From: Octopus sinensis
Taxonomy: Eukaryota
Assembly (NCBI RefSeq): GCF_006345805.1
Contig: NC_043016.1
Location: 31,062,001-31,126,000 of the forward strand
Length of the DNA stretch: 64,000 nucleotides
Reading direction: 5' to 3'
The first letter of the stretch is position 1. The number at the start of each line of letters is the position of its first letter. Under the pieces are notes generated by a model. It was given only the letters and a program-made list of their open reading frames with translations. It ran no database searches and had not been told where the DNA came from. The position numbers were made by a program, and so were the translations under genes. Below are positions 1-12,479 of the stretch, piece after piece.

Positions 1-178
1 TTATTTTAAAAATCGTAGACTCATCGTACACGCGCGCTAATATTCAGACGGGCTCGATATGAATCACGACTATAAGCTACCCGAATTTGGTTAAACTGCA
101 CCGCAAAATGTGGGAGTAGTTAGGAATCTAAATCGAAGGGGACAGACACTCACACAACTACAGTTTTATATATATAGA
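1..178 (-). mobile_element. Non-autonomous Helitron, 5' part (runs off window start)
   Basis: Ends in ...ttttatatatataga|t, i.e. a|TCTATATATATAAAA on the - strand, like the other Helitron 5' ends here. Confidence 0.55.
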
Positions 179-224
179 TATACATAGCGCAGTAGTGGTG
201 AGATGTGACAGCAAAGAAAAGCAT

Positions 225-600
225 ACATTCACTCTCTGCATGCAATTAGACTCGGAAAGTTCGTGAGGAACCCATTGACCCAATTTGCTGACTTTTCCGA
301 TAGCACACAGGTCTCAATGAATGGTTGAATGACCAAATCCAAGCTTCTCTGCTAGTTCCTCAACAGTTACGATGATATTTTGTTCCACCAGGGTTTTCAG
401 GATGTCCTTGTCGAGTTCTACAGATCTTTCAGGATGAGGCTCGTCTTCTAGGCTGTTCCAATATAGCTTTGAAAAAAATAGCTGTTAAAATCGAAATGCA
501 CTCTTCAAAACTTGCACTATGAATAAGGACAAGATAAAATTACTACCTGCTTTTATAGCAAGTTAATATAAGTAGTTTATCCCATTCCCCTCTGACTTTT
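225..600 (-). mobile_element. Degenerate mariner transposase fragment
   Basis: Reverse strand encodes GKVSKLGQWVPHE (WVPHEL motif) near 260-300. Confidence 0.7.
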
Positions 601-624
601 AGTTCAAGCTGTTGAAAAAACCGC

Positions 625-643
625 ATTATTATATATATATATA

Positions 644-675
<32 letters not shown>

Positions 676-1007
676 CACACACACTCTCTCTCTCACACAC
701 ATGCACACATTTATATTCTGTTATTCTTTTATATGTTTCAGCCTTGAGGTTGTGGCCATGCTGGATCATGTGTGTGTGTGTGTGTGTGTGTGTCTATCTG
801 TCTGTCTGTCTGTATGTATATATGTATATGTATGTGTGTGAACAATAATATTTTCAACAGATGTGTTGCAAATGTATCTGATTGTTCTCAAGCTTCAATA
901 CTGTGTGTGTGTGTATGTGTGTGTGTGTGTGTGTATGTATGTATATGTATGTATATGTATGTATGTATGTATGTGTGTATGTATGTATGTGTGTGTGTAT
1001 GTATGTA

Positions 1008-1038
<31 letters not shown>

Positions 1039-1065
1039 ATGTATGTATGTATGTATGTATGAGTG
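625..1065. repeat. Compound microsatellites (TA, CATA, CA/TG, TATG)
   Basis: Direct inspection; they account for the spurious Y/I/H/T/C/V/M ORFs. Confidence 0.95.
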
Positions 1066-1117
1066 TATGTTTACTTTATTACTAACACAAGCCACTACGG
1101 TTATTTAATGTAGCCTT

Positions 1118-1502
1118 CCTCAAATCACTATCTCTGGCAATTTACTCTCTTCCAAGAACATTTTCACTCACACTTATGTGTTAGCTTCCCATACATTTTA
1201 CTCATGTATCTATCAGCGTCATAGAGAGAAACAAATATTACATCTAGTTTCACTTTATTCGTTGCCCACTGTGTGTGTGGTGTAAACCAGACTAAGAAAA
1301 GCATTTGACACACACACCAGAATGTGAGTTTTCTGTAAATTTTGCTTACTTGGAGTTTAAATTTTAAAAACTGGACCTGGCATGACGCGATGCATTGTAC
1401 TCTTAAAACTGCTAGGTAAATTGTAATTGAAGAAATCCTATATTGTAGATTTGTATAATTCCCAAAGGGAGGCAGATAAAATCTGCCTTTTATAATAAGA
1501 GA
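1118..1502 (-). mobile_element. Helitron-like 5' segment, second copy at 46680-47119
   Basis: Closely matches 46680-47119; ends ttttataataagaga|t (a|TC start on - strand). Confidence 0.65.
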
Positions 1503-1514
1503 TATATATATATA

Positions 1515-1877
1515 CTAGCAGTATCGCCCGGCGTTGCTCAGGTTTGTAAGGGAAATAACTATAAAGCATTTTTAGAGAGTTATAGCCAAAAAATAGCAAA
1601 AAAATTGAAAAGAAATTATGGTAAATTTTTTTTGAGAGTTAAAAAAGGTGGAGTTGCGTCCCCTAGACGGTCTGTGGTTTGGGTTTCTGATTCTGATTTT
1701 TTTCAGAACTGGGGGAACTTTTCAAAATTTTCGCTGCGTTAGTTTTGAATTATGACATTGGGCTATGTGTGTGTCAAGTTTCATCAGAATCGGTTGAAAG
1801 CCGTGGTCAGAGTGAGGGTACGAGAAAACAGACACACAGAATACGCACAGACAAACTGCCGTTTATATAGAGAGAGA
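1515..1877 (-). mobile_element. Non-autonomous Helitron
   Basis: - strand begins a|TC and ends in a subterminal hairpin (..gcaacgccgggcgatactg) + CTAG|t; same 3' end as 45286. Confidence 0.75.
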
Positions 1878-3429
1878 TAGCAATAATAATTCTCTAAACG
1901 AGATATAGACAGTAACTGCTCCATAACAAAAGGGAGATCTCCGCTTCTTCGGGGAATGATCTCCCTTTGCAGGATAGAGGACACCGTGATGGTGTCAGAC
2001 TATCTGGTGACGTTGATGATCGCCTGGGGCTAAATGCATCAGTAACACCCCCACCGCCCTGCCCTGTTCCTAGCCACATTCAAATGGCTAATGTCCCTTT
2101 TGTTATATATATATATATATATAGGTGTATAAAGGTTGAATGTGGGTTCTGGCTTTAATTAGAGGTTTCCCAAAAAAAAAAAAGATTTCTAACATTCATT
2201 CTTCTTACTTTGCTGGGATTTTACAGGAGTAAATGTATATATAATCTTAAAACGTAAAACTGAGAATCCGTCTGTGTGAATCCCTATAACTCAAGAGCTA
2301 TCCAACTGATTTAAATTTAGGGAGAGTTGATGCTTTTATTAAAAGTAGTAGTGTTGATGTTAGTAGTGGGAGTAATAATAAGAGAGAGAGAGAGAAAGAG
2401 TGGGTATGCGAGAGAAAGAGGGACTGAACACTGAACCAACATACTGAACACAAGTCTTTTACACACACACATTTAGCCTTTTTGTGATGGTAATGGAGTG
2501 ATAGTAATAGTATGAGCTGTAATTGTGATAGAGATGGAGGCAGTGGTGGTAGCCAAGGCAGTCAGGGATGATGGTGAGAATAAGTGATGTGAAAGACAGT
2601 GGTGATGGTGGTGGAGGGGAAGGCGGCGAAGTCAAAGGTATTGATGATGGTGGTGTCAGAAGTCTAAATGGTGTCTGTACGGCAGACGTGGTGGCGATGG
2701 TGGCAGTACTGTTGTTTGTCATACAACTTTGCAATAAGTTTCAAGTTGACAATTTATACCATTGCTTTGAAGAAAATTGTTCATTGCTTGAAAAATATTG
2801 TTCAAGTTTAGTAAAATTTAATATGTACTCAATGCACGAAGTGTCGTTGTTGGGCCCAAGGCCTAAAGCAGAGCCCTCCACAGCTACCTGACAGGGTGGC
2901 TTTTAGGCAAGTATATATATATATATATATATATACACGGTATATACGGTATACACACAAATATGCATGAGTCGTCTAAGAGACCATAAGTCATGGAGAA
3001 GACGTGCTCGTATAACTGTTAGTAGAGTGGGTATAATATCTGAATTTTATAGTATTAAGTATCCATCATGGTTGGTCTTACCAATCGATTTTGTGAATGA
3101 AATACATTGGATTGTTACTTAACAATGCAATTATGTAATTATGCTCAACCAAGCAGTGTGTTTTGTTCCATAAACAACCTTACTTGGACTTGTGCCTCAG
3201 AGGGTAACTTTCTAGGTGCAATCTCATGGTCACTCATGGCTGAAGGGGCTCTTTACCCTTTTAAATACATATATATATACATATACATAATTCAATTAGA
3301 GGTTATGTTAGTCTCTTGAAGGGATGGTGTGATCCAAGGAAATACTGGTTCAATACCTAATATCTTGGGGGAATTGATTTCCTGAAAATAATAGGTGTAT
3401 ATATAAAAACATGTACTTTATATTCAAAT

Positions 3430-3812
3430 AAAGAAAAAGAAAACAGAGATTGGGAAGTTAATAAATGTTTATTATCAACAACAAATCAATCATTATCCTT
3501 TACAGCTGTTTCAATTAATACTCAGTAAATTAATTAAATATTAAATTCATATGACCTGAGCATAATATCTTCAGAGGGAAAAAATATACCCTTGGGTGTT
3601 ATGAATGTTTGTTTGCAATTTCATCACAGAATCTATAAACAAATATACATAACATCTAAGGGTATATTTTTTCCCCCTGAAGAGATTATAAATATAAATT
3701 TGATATTTAATTAATTTCACTGTGTATAATTGTAACAACTGTAAGGGATAATGATCGATTTGTTACTGATAATAAATTCTTATTAACTTCAAAATCACCA
3801 TTTTCTTCTTTT
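3430..3812. mobile_element. Penelope-type fold-back element with a hammerhead-like core in each arm
   Basis: About 190-bp diverged inverted arms; - strand ccctCTGAAGA...GAAACAGCTGTA core at 3497-3578. Confidence 0.65.
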
Positions 3813-3819
3813 TCCTATT

Positions 3820-4212
3820 GTTGGCATCCTTTTGTCTCAAGAGACAATGGAGTTGCATATAAACTAATCCAATCTGGTTTTTACATTTCATGTCCTCTCC
3901 TGTTTCCTCTCCAGTTTTGTGCAGACCTGGGCTAAATGTAAGAGAATCCTGGGCAACCCAATCATCAGGATTCCTCTCTTGACCTTGCTAACGTAGTCCA
4001 AAGGAGTGCAGAGCATTACGTTTGGCACCAGCTTGGTTGCAGAAGCTGCCGGAAGAGTGTCATGTCAAACTCTAAACCACTTACGGGGCTCCACTCCGGA
4101 TTTCTTTGAAGGCTGTCCCCTTCCTGTAACCCTGGATAGAGGCCCATACCAGGTACTGTCAGTTGGAGCCAGCTGAACCTGGGACTCGTGTCAGGTAGGG
4201 TCATCACTTTCC
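3820..4212 (+). mobile_element. Possible RTE (BovB-like) 5' UTR-derived fragment
   Basis: tttggcaccagcttggttgcagaagctgccggaag and ctccactccggattt resemble RTE 5' UTR motifs (recalled, not searched). Confidence 0.35.
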
Positions 4213-4540
4213 TATATATATACACACACACATATTTTATTTATGGGTTAACCATTGGTTTCATGTTAAGAGAGGTATTTCTTTGTGGCCCTCTCCTTAT
4301 TGATGGGTCCATCATATCTGACATTCTCTTCATGTTCAAGACACCTATAATTGTCACCTGACTGTAGAAGTTGTATTGTGAAACCGTTCATTTTTAGGTT
4401 TTCAGAGGAAGGCCCATCTTTTCCACGTTTCATTCTCAAAAATGCACATTTGGACTCACCAGATTTCCTTCCAACGTCTGTAGAAAATTGGGAAATGAGG
4501 TAACATATAATATGCCATCTAAAACTTATTTATGCATTTG

Positions 4541-5203
4541 GTTGTCTGATGAATTCGTTCGTTTCTTTCTAAAATTATTTGAACTCTAAAAAATACATGA
4601 TCGGGGTGTTTTTGTAACTATATTCTTCCATTACAACTTTTTTTTTTATCGTTTTTGAAATTTGAATAAATTTCACCTCTATGCAAACATATGAAGATAG
4701 AGTGCAAAATAGGAAAAAAAAACCCCGAACATTTTCGATACATGATGCTTTTTTCGACACATGCTTCCCTTCACTTTAAATCAGGGCCTGAAGGCTGCCG
4801 AAACCGGCCGTTCGAGACATTTGTATCATGTACTGATAAGGCGCTACTACTGAAAGAACAGCTCAGAATTGGTTTTCGCGCTTCAAGGAGATGAGATGAT
4901 CTCGTGATACCGTCGCTCGTCACCTTCATTTGCTGGGTAAAGTTTCACGTAAACCCAACCGGCAACATTGCTCAACCCCACATCGTTTATCTGACCAAAA
5001 ATACTACGCATTCGGCAACGAATCGGAGCTGAAAATATAACTCGATAAATTCTTTTGAATCAAGACCAGGTGATTTCTACCGTTTAGGCAATTGACAAGA
5101 TAGTTAAATGTTGCCAAGAAGACGTGAACACTGAAGAATATATTGACTGATTTGTTAAAATTGTTGAGGAAACTCCTCCAAACGAACGAATTTATCTGAC
5201 AAC
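4541..5203 (+). mobile_element. Internally deleted mariner with TIRs
   Basis: TIR gttgtctgatgaattcgttcgttt / aaacgaacgaatttatctgacaac (2 mismatches); N-terminal (EHFRYMMLF) and C-terminal (FFESRPGDFYR...EEYID*) transposase remnants. Confidence 0.8.
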
Positions 5204-5522
5204 GCAGCGTGTGTTTTATTTAATGTCATTTACATTTCCCCTTCACCCTCTATTAAGTAGTAGATCAGTATATTGCAAGAAAACAAATTATGTCAGGCGT
5301 CCTCGAAAATAATCTAAAGATCGAATAATTTCTACTGCTTGAGGTGTGAGGTGCTAGGTTGGCAAACCATTTGTGGGTTTCTGCCTAAATTAGAAACGAT
5401 TGAGTATTCTCAAAACTAAGGAATATAGTATGAGTAAAAAAAAAATATGTATATAGAATAATTTGAGAATTTGAAAACAATCATGCAATTATCGGGCTGA
5501 AGTTTTTCTATACACACACGCA

Positions 5523-5559
<37 letters not shown>

Positions 5560-5879
5560 CACTCACACACGCGCACAATACCCCCTCTTTGTCTTTCTCT
5601 CTCTCACTCTTACACAACGTGGCCTTTAACACTTAGATTATTATTATTACTTTTACTATTTATAAATGCAAAATAAATAAAGTCGGAAATATAAGTATAA
5701 TGACAATAAAATTATAGCAAACATCGTAGTTTATAAAATTCAAGGAAAAAAAAAAAAAAAATTATGCGAAAAACGAATATGTTTGAAAAGTATATTTATT
5801 ATTATTTAGTTAATTAATGAACTATAATAATATTAATAACGATATATATTAACAATTTTCCAACAAAAAAAAAAAAAAA

Positions 5880-6035
5880 TTGTCGGGAAAATATAATAAG
5901 TATCCGAAAGTGAGCATATGACGGCATGCAAAGCAAGTTTTGCTGCAAAGTATCTTCGAAGAGAGACTTTCTAACTGAAAAGTGATCCAATGAGAATTTC
6001 GATAATTCGTGTGTTGAGGGATTGTTTTTAAAAAA
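5880..6035 (+). promoter_or_regulatory. Probable TDRD3 promoter/5' UTR
   Basis: Non-repetitive, relatively CpG-containing stretch directly upstream of the ATG, with a CCAAT near 5987; TSS cannot be placed. Confidence 0.35.
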
Positions 6036-6067
6036 ATGGCGAATAGTGTGCTTTCGGAGAAAGGCTG
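6036..6067 (+). CDS. TDRD3: TDRD3 coding exon 1 (MANSVLSEKGW; W codon split)
   Basis: aaaaATGGCG start context; donor TG|gtaagt at 6068; phase 2 joins exon 2 to give W, parallel to the vertebrate TDRD3 N-terminus (..LSQAGWYLS..). Confidence 0.8.
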
Positions 6068-6483
6068 GTAAGTGTCTTTATCTTGAATAATAACTGGCTT
6101 TAAATCACTTGTATGGTTGTTTTAACATGTTAACCAAAACCCAAACGCAACCAATTTGAGATTGCATTTCGTTTTTTGTTGGTTTTTATTCAATTTTTAA
6201 GTTATAAATATATATGTATGTTATTGTGTGTTTAATTATGTGATGTCGGCTTTACTCTCTCTCGGTTCACTCACTTCGCCTCCGTCATACAATTAATTAT
6301 ACTGTATTTTTTGTTCGTTTCATTGGGTTTTATAGATTAATTCTTCTATCGAGAAATTGTTTGAGGCAATGGACGTTCTATTGGGAATATAGAAATTATT
6401 TTATAATTCTTTATTTGGTTGCATACTTTGAAGAAATTGAAATAAAAAAAAAACGGAACATGGTACTTTTAGAATTACATAAG

Positions 6484-6486
<3 letters not shown>

Positions 6487-6556
<70 letters not shown>
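6487..6556. repeat. Long (TA)n microsatellite
   Basis: About 70 bp of pure TA repeat. Confidence 0.95.
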
Positions 6557-6560
<4 letters not shown>

Positions 6561-7018
6561 GTGTTTTAAAAATCCCCCCCAAAAAATATATATATATATC
6601 TGTCCATCACTTTCTGGGAATTGTAGGAATTTTGCACCGCGAATACCAGAAAATAAGACAAGAGAGAGAAAATCCCCCCCCATATCTTCTTTTTCAGGAC
6701 GGAACTTTTATTATTAGTATATTTTCTGTTTGTGAGAAGATGGAAAATTGTCATCTTCTTTAAGGGCACCCATGAATCAAATTTTATCTATTCAAGTGAA
6801 GAAGTGAAAACGCAGCCAAGAGAAATAACTAAAAGGGGGGAAAAAATAATGAAATATTCGGTTTCATTTTCTCAATCATTAATTGATGCAGTTGAATGCA
6901 TTATATATCCATCCAAAAATGCATGCATGCATACATACATACATACATACATAAATTATATGTATGGGAATATACATATATATATATATATATATGGCAT
7001 TCTTTCGGATTAACTCGA

Positions 7019-7053
<35 letters not shown>

Positions 7054-7157
7054 CACACGCACACACACATCTACATATATGTATCTGTGTGTGTGTGTGT
7101 GTGTATAGATATATGTACGTGTATATTATATTTATGTATGTCTGTGTGCGCGTGTAA

Positions 7158-7191
<34 letters not shown>

Positions 7192-7488
7192 TTTTATTTT
7201 TCCTTGTTGTCACGAGTTGGACGGTTTGAGAGGAGCACTAGGCTCCATTGTCTGACCTAGCACGGTTTATATGGCTGGATGCCCTTCGTAACGCCAATCA
7301 TTCACAGAGTGTACTAGGAGCTTTTTAGATGTTACTATCACCAGTGCTTTTTAGGTGGCATCATCACCAATGCTTTCTACATGGTATCAGCACCAGTATC
7401 AGTCCTGCTGTGGTGGATGGTTCTTCTTGAATGCAACAAGGCACTAGATGTCTTGGTTCTTTAGATATGCATGTGTATATATTTGCAA

Positions 7489-7529
<41 letters not shown>

Positions 7530-7532
<3 letters not shown>

Positions 7533-7805
7533 GCAGGAGTGGCTGTGTGGTAAGTAGCTTGCTAACCAACCACATGGTTCCGGGTTCAGTCCCACTGCAT
7601 GGCACCTTGGGCAAGTGTCTTCTGCTATAGCCCCGGGCCGACCAATGCCTTGTGAGTGGATTTGGTAGACAGAAACTGAAAGAAGCCTGTCGTATATATG
7701 TGTGTCTGTGTTTGTCCCCCTAGCATTGCTTGACAACCGATGCTGGTGTCACTTAGCGGTTCTGCAAAAAAGCGGTTCAGTCAAATGACTGAAACAAGTA
7801 AAAGA
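7530..7805 (+). mobile_element. tRNA-derived SINE family A
   Basis: A-box-like tggctgtgtgg, B-box-like ggttcagtccc, CORE-like ccttgggcaagtgtc; matches 60792-61193. Confidence 0.85.
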
Positions 7806-8249
7806 GATAGATGTGTGTATGTCTTTGTGAAAATGTAGTTGTCCTAAGTGAAAACAGTTGTCTTTGCACACAGACATGTCCCCTGATATCTCTCTTCAGC
7901 TGAGTAATCCTAATCTCGTGGGCCCACAAGTGTTGGTGCCATGTAAAGAGTACCCATGCCAGTGTCAATAAAGCATCCATGCCAATGCTGCAAAAAAGCA
8001 CCCAGTACACTCTGGGCATCGAGTCATACAAACCGTGCTAAAACAAACATGGAGCCTGGGCAGTTCTTCAGCTGGCTAGCTCCTGTCAAACCGTCCAGCC
8101 CATGCCAACATGGGTGTTTAATGATGATGATGCATGTAGATATATGTGTTTTTATATATATGCATGTATGCAAGTAGATATGTGTGTGTATATGTATGCA
8201 TGTAATATGTGTGTGTATGTATTATATCATCATCATCATCGTTTAATGT

Positions 8250-9198
8250 CTGATATATATATATATGTATATATATGTAGATATTTGTGTGTGTATATAG
8301 ATGTAGATATTTGTGTATATATATGTAGATATTTGTGTGTATACATATATGTATGTAGATATTTGTGTGTATACATATATGTATGTAGATATTTGTGTGT
8401 ATATATATATATGTGTAGATATTTGTATGTGTAGATATGTGTAGATATTTGTGTGTGTGTATCGGTCGAAACCGTCCAACCCGTGCTAGCGCGGAAAACG
8501 GACGTTAAACGATGATGATGTAGATATATGTGTATATATATATATGTAGATATGTGTGTATATATATATGTAGATATGTTTGTATATATATATATGTAGA
8601 TATGTGTGTGTATATATATATGTAGATATGTGTGTGTATATATATATGTAGATATGTGTGTGTATATATATATGTAGATATGTGTGTGTATATATATATG
8701 TAGATATGTGTGTGTATATATATATGTAGATATGTGTGTGTGTATATATATATGTAGATATGTGTGTGTGTATATATATATGTAGATATGTGTGTGTGTA
8801 TATATATATGTAGATATGTGTGTGTGTATATATATATGTAGATGTGTGTGTGTGTATATATATATGTAGATGTGTGTGTGTATATATATATGTAGATATG
8901 TGTGTATATATATATATGTAGATATGTGTGTATATATATATATGTAGATATGTGTGTATATATATATATATGTAGATATATATTTCTGTATATGTATACA
9001 TGTGGATATGTATTTGTATATCTGTATATGTATACATGTGGATATGTATTTGTATATATATGTATGTATACATGTAAATATGTATGTGTATATATATGTA
9101 TGTATACATGTAAATATGTATGTGTATATATATGTATGTATACATGTAAATATGTATGTGTATATATGTATATATATGTATGTATACATGTAAATATG

Positions 9199-9243
<45 letters not shown>
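8250..9243. repeat. Minisatellite array (~22-26 bp unit gtgtgtgtatatatatatgtagatat, then a 36-bp unit), interrupted by an RTE tail fragment at ~8462-8520
   Basis: Tandem periodicity visible directly; the long - strand ORFs are repeat translations. Confidence 0.92.
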
Positions 9244-9245
<2 letters not shown>

Positions 9246-9246
9246 C

Positions 9247-9440
9247 ACCTGTGCAGGTGGCACGTAAAAAGCACCCACTACACTCACGGAGTGGTTGGCA
9301 TTAGGAAGGGCATCCAGCTGTAGAAACATTGCCAGATAAGACTGGAGCCTGGTGCAGCCTTCTGGCTTCCCAGATCCCCGGTCGAACCGTCCAACCCATG
9401 CTAGCATGGAGAACGGACGTTAAACGATGATGATGATGAT
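9247..9440 (+). mobile_element. 5'-truncated RTE 3' end with (GAT)n tail
   Basis: Nearly identical to 18106-18269 and homologous to the LINE 3' ends at 17900-18074 and 30266-30450. Confidence 0.88.
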
Positions 9441-9589
9441 ATATAAAATAGATATGTATGTATATGTGTGTATATATATCCATCCATCCATCAGATAACT
9501 TCTATCTTAGGTTTTATTGAATCAATCTACAAAATATGATCTGTCTTGGAGTCATCCCTGAGACTCAAAATTAATTCAGGATTAGACCT

Positions 9590-11178
9590 GGTTCTATGAA
9601 CCTAATTTTCTCAGTCCATAAGCTTATGGAGAAGTGCTTTGGCTGGTGAGTGTCACTGTACTAGGTATTTGTGGACCTTATCAACTCTGTTAATTGTAGT
9701 GCATTGTGGGTCATATTGGGGAAGTTGGATGCCTTCCTGGATTTGTTGGGATATTCAAGGAGCTTTATCACAATATGGGAGCAAAAATGAACTCTATGGG
9801 ACACTCTCAGAACCAATTTCTGTGGAAAGCAGTGTCAAACAAGGTGACATACTAGTACTCATTTCTATTCTCCATATAATTTGCTGTAATACTAATACAT
9901 ACCTTTCAGGACTGTGAAATCAGTGTTTACATGCAACCTAGAAACATTTAATCGTAAGATGTTTCAATACCAAATCAAAAATATTTGGCATTTTTGTCAG
10001 AGAACGCCCTATATACTGATGATAGAGATCTTATGGCTCACTCAGTAGAGGGCATGCAAATGATAGTGCCCATCTACAATGTATGCACAGTATTTGGACT
10101 CAATATTTGCATACAAAAGGTAAAGATTATGTACACACCCCAGTAGTTGGGGAAGCATACATAGTACTTGATGTCTTCGTGGGAAGAAAAAGACAAAGTG
10201 ATGAACAGCTCTGTGTATCCTGGAAGTATGCTTGGTAGAAATGGTATTCTTGATGGCAAAATAAATCACAGGATTGCAAAAGCTGGTGTTAATTGTGGGA
10301 AAACTTCCAAGAAGTAAGTCTGGTCAGATCAGATTATCACAAGATGTGGGACTAAGTAGAGAGAAAGGATCTTCAGATATTGATCCTCACTGAGGAAATG
10401 ACAAGTGATTGAGACTCCTGGCGATTAGAATCAAGCGACCATACCAGTGCCACATAAGCATCCATGCCAGTGACTCATATGAGGTCCATGTTCTTACAGG
10501 CCTGCTATGAGATTGCAAAATGTGAACAACCTACAGGTATTATATCAAGCAGTTGATGGATCATCAGTATTGTATGCAACACATCCCAAACACCAAGTCG
10601 TTCTCTTACACACCTGATGATACCATACTCGAGAAAGCAGGCAGAACTAGATGTGTTGGGTTGATCATCTTGTCAGAATGGAGGATGGAAGGATGGGATG
10701 CCTAAACAGATTTTTTATGGGGGGCTGACAGGAGGGAAAAGGCCACAGCATAAACCAAGGAGACGATTTAGGGACGTAATAAAAGACGGGGTAAAATGGT
10801 AAAAATCTCCTTCGGTCATGAATGACCATGGGATTGTACCTAGAAAGTTTCCTTCCGAAGCACAGACCCCGGCAAGGTTGCTTATGGAAGACCAGCAGTT
10901 GCACTTGCATACCAACCTCCACTCTCCACGCCACCATTGTCTAAGGGAAAGGGCAAAGGTCGATACAGCTTGGCACTAATAACATTGCAACTCATTTCTA
11001 CAGATGAGTGAACTGGAGCAACATGACATAAAGTGTCTTGCTCAAGAACAACACACAGCCAGGTCCAGGAATAAAGTTCACAACCTCACCAAGGAACCCT
11101 TGCACAAACAAAAATTACACACCATATCTTTCTCATATTTTTTCATCGTAGTTCATGTGGTGAATATCATTATATGTA

Positions 11179-11211
<33 letters not shown>

Positions 11212-11935
11212 ATACACACACACACATACATATAGTTGTTATATTTTTTTGATAACATAATAGGTTAGATAGGATGATATTTATATTACAATATTACAAC
11301 AATCAATAATATGTTGTGCATATATAGTAATATAACAATCATGAAATTAGCATTAGCCTATCTCACTCTTTCTCATGGAATCCCTAGGAAACTTTTGTGG
11401 AATCCTCTGGTTCCGGGGAACCTTGGTTGAGAAACGCTGCTGTAACCACTGAGCCATATGCCTTCTATTAAAAGACAACAATAAAACTTTGGAAGTAGAT
11501 GTAGATAATTGGGAGGTGTTGACTGAAAACCGTGCATTATGGAGAAAGATTATTAAGAATAGTTGTGTATATAAACAAATGTGAGTGGAGAATGCTTCTC
11601 AGAAGCATGCATTCCATAAGCAAGACTCAAGTGTAATGCCTACAAAAATCCAGCTGGAATTGAAGTGCCATGTGTATGGATGATTTCTTCTCTCTCAATA
11701 GCTGGATTAGTCAAGCACTTTGCAAGATGATTCCACTGCTATGTCTTCCATGGTGCAATTGTAATGAGTGTGACTAAATGTATGAATCAGCTGGCTACCT
11801 GATCGAGCAGGGCAAAATACATGAGGTCACAACTCAGCCAGTGATACCAGGAGGCAGACAATTCAAGTGTTGTAGCTTTGACCATGTCTGCCAAATGGAA
11901 GCTGGGTTGAATCCCTGTGTGCACATTGTCACGCA
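9590..11935 (+). mobile_element. Degenerate RTE (BovB-like) LINE with C-terminal C2H2 zinc-finger remnants, interrupted by a SINE
   Basis: Fragments PISVESSVKQGDIL, HLVRMEDG(R)..PKQIFYG.LT.GKRP..KPRRRFRDVIK, WEVLTENRALWRK, then three C-x2-C...H-like repeats at 11660-11930. Confidence 0.75.
10788..11465 (-). mobile_element. SINE family B, interrupted by a hAT-like fragment
   Basis: Homologous to 61742-62088; head (gaaggcatatggctcagtggtt) displaced to 11443-11465; approximate TSD taataaaagac/tattaaaagac. Confidence 0.8.
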
Positions 11936-12479
11936 AGATTCAATGAATGAATGTCACTCTTCAGCATATGTCTATGTATGTATATACATGCATGTGTATG
12001 CACATATATATATATGCATGTAAGACAGGTAACTTATATAATGTGTGTATGTATTTAGATATGTCTGTGTGTGTATATAGATATATAATAATAATAGTAG
12101 GGAATATAAATCCAAACTTACAGGGAAAAATTCAACTTAACAATTTTAAATGAAATTTCACAATATATAATATATGTATATAATTTAGAGAAAAACCACC
12201 ATTAAATAATTCAATAAACAAAAGATGTTATTCACACCATATAGGGAAGACCTGGGATGATGTTGTGAAGGCTGATCTCAGGACTCTAAGCTGCACAGAA
12301 GAAATGACAAAGGACTGAAAGATGGTTTGCAATATGATGTCCTCAAGAAGATCTACCTGATGTCTGGAAGCACTGTGTGTGTGATATGTGTATAAACATT
12401 TGTATGTATGTATATATATATAGATATATATATAAAAATTAGATATGTTTCGATCAAAGATTGGTCCAGGCCATGTCTA

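Noticed and set aside
2568-2891. 107-aa Gly/Asp-rich ORF
   Set aside because: Derived from a degenerate (GGT/GAT)n low-complexity tract; no domain or splice support.
8236-9407. Long - strand ORFs of 219-317 aa rich in Y/I/H/T
   Set aside because: Translations of the TA/TG minisatellite, which lacks stop codons by composition.
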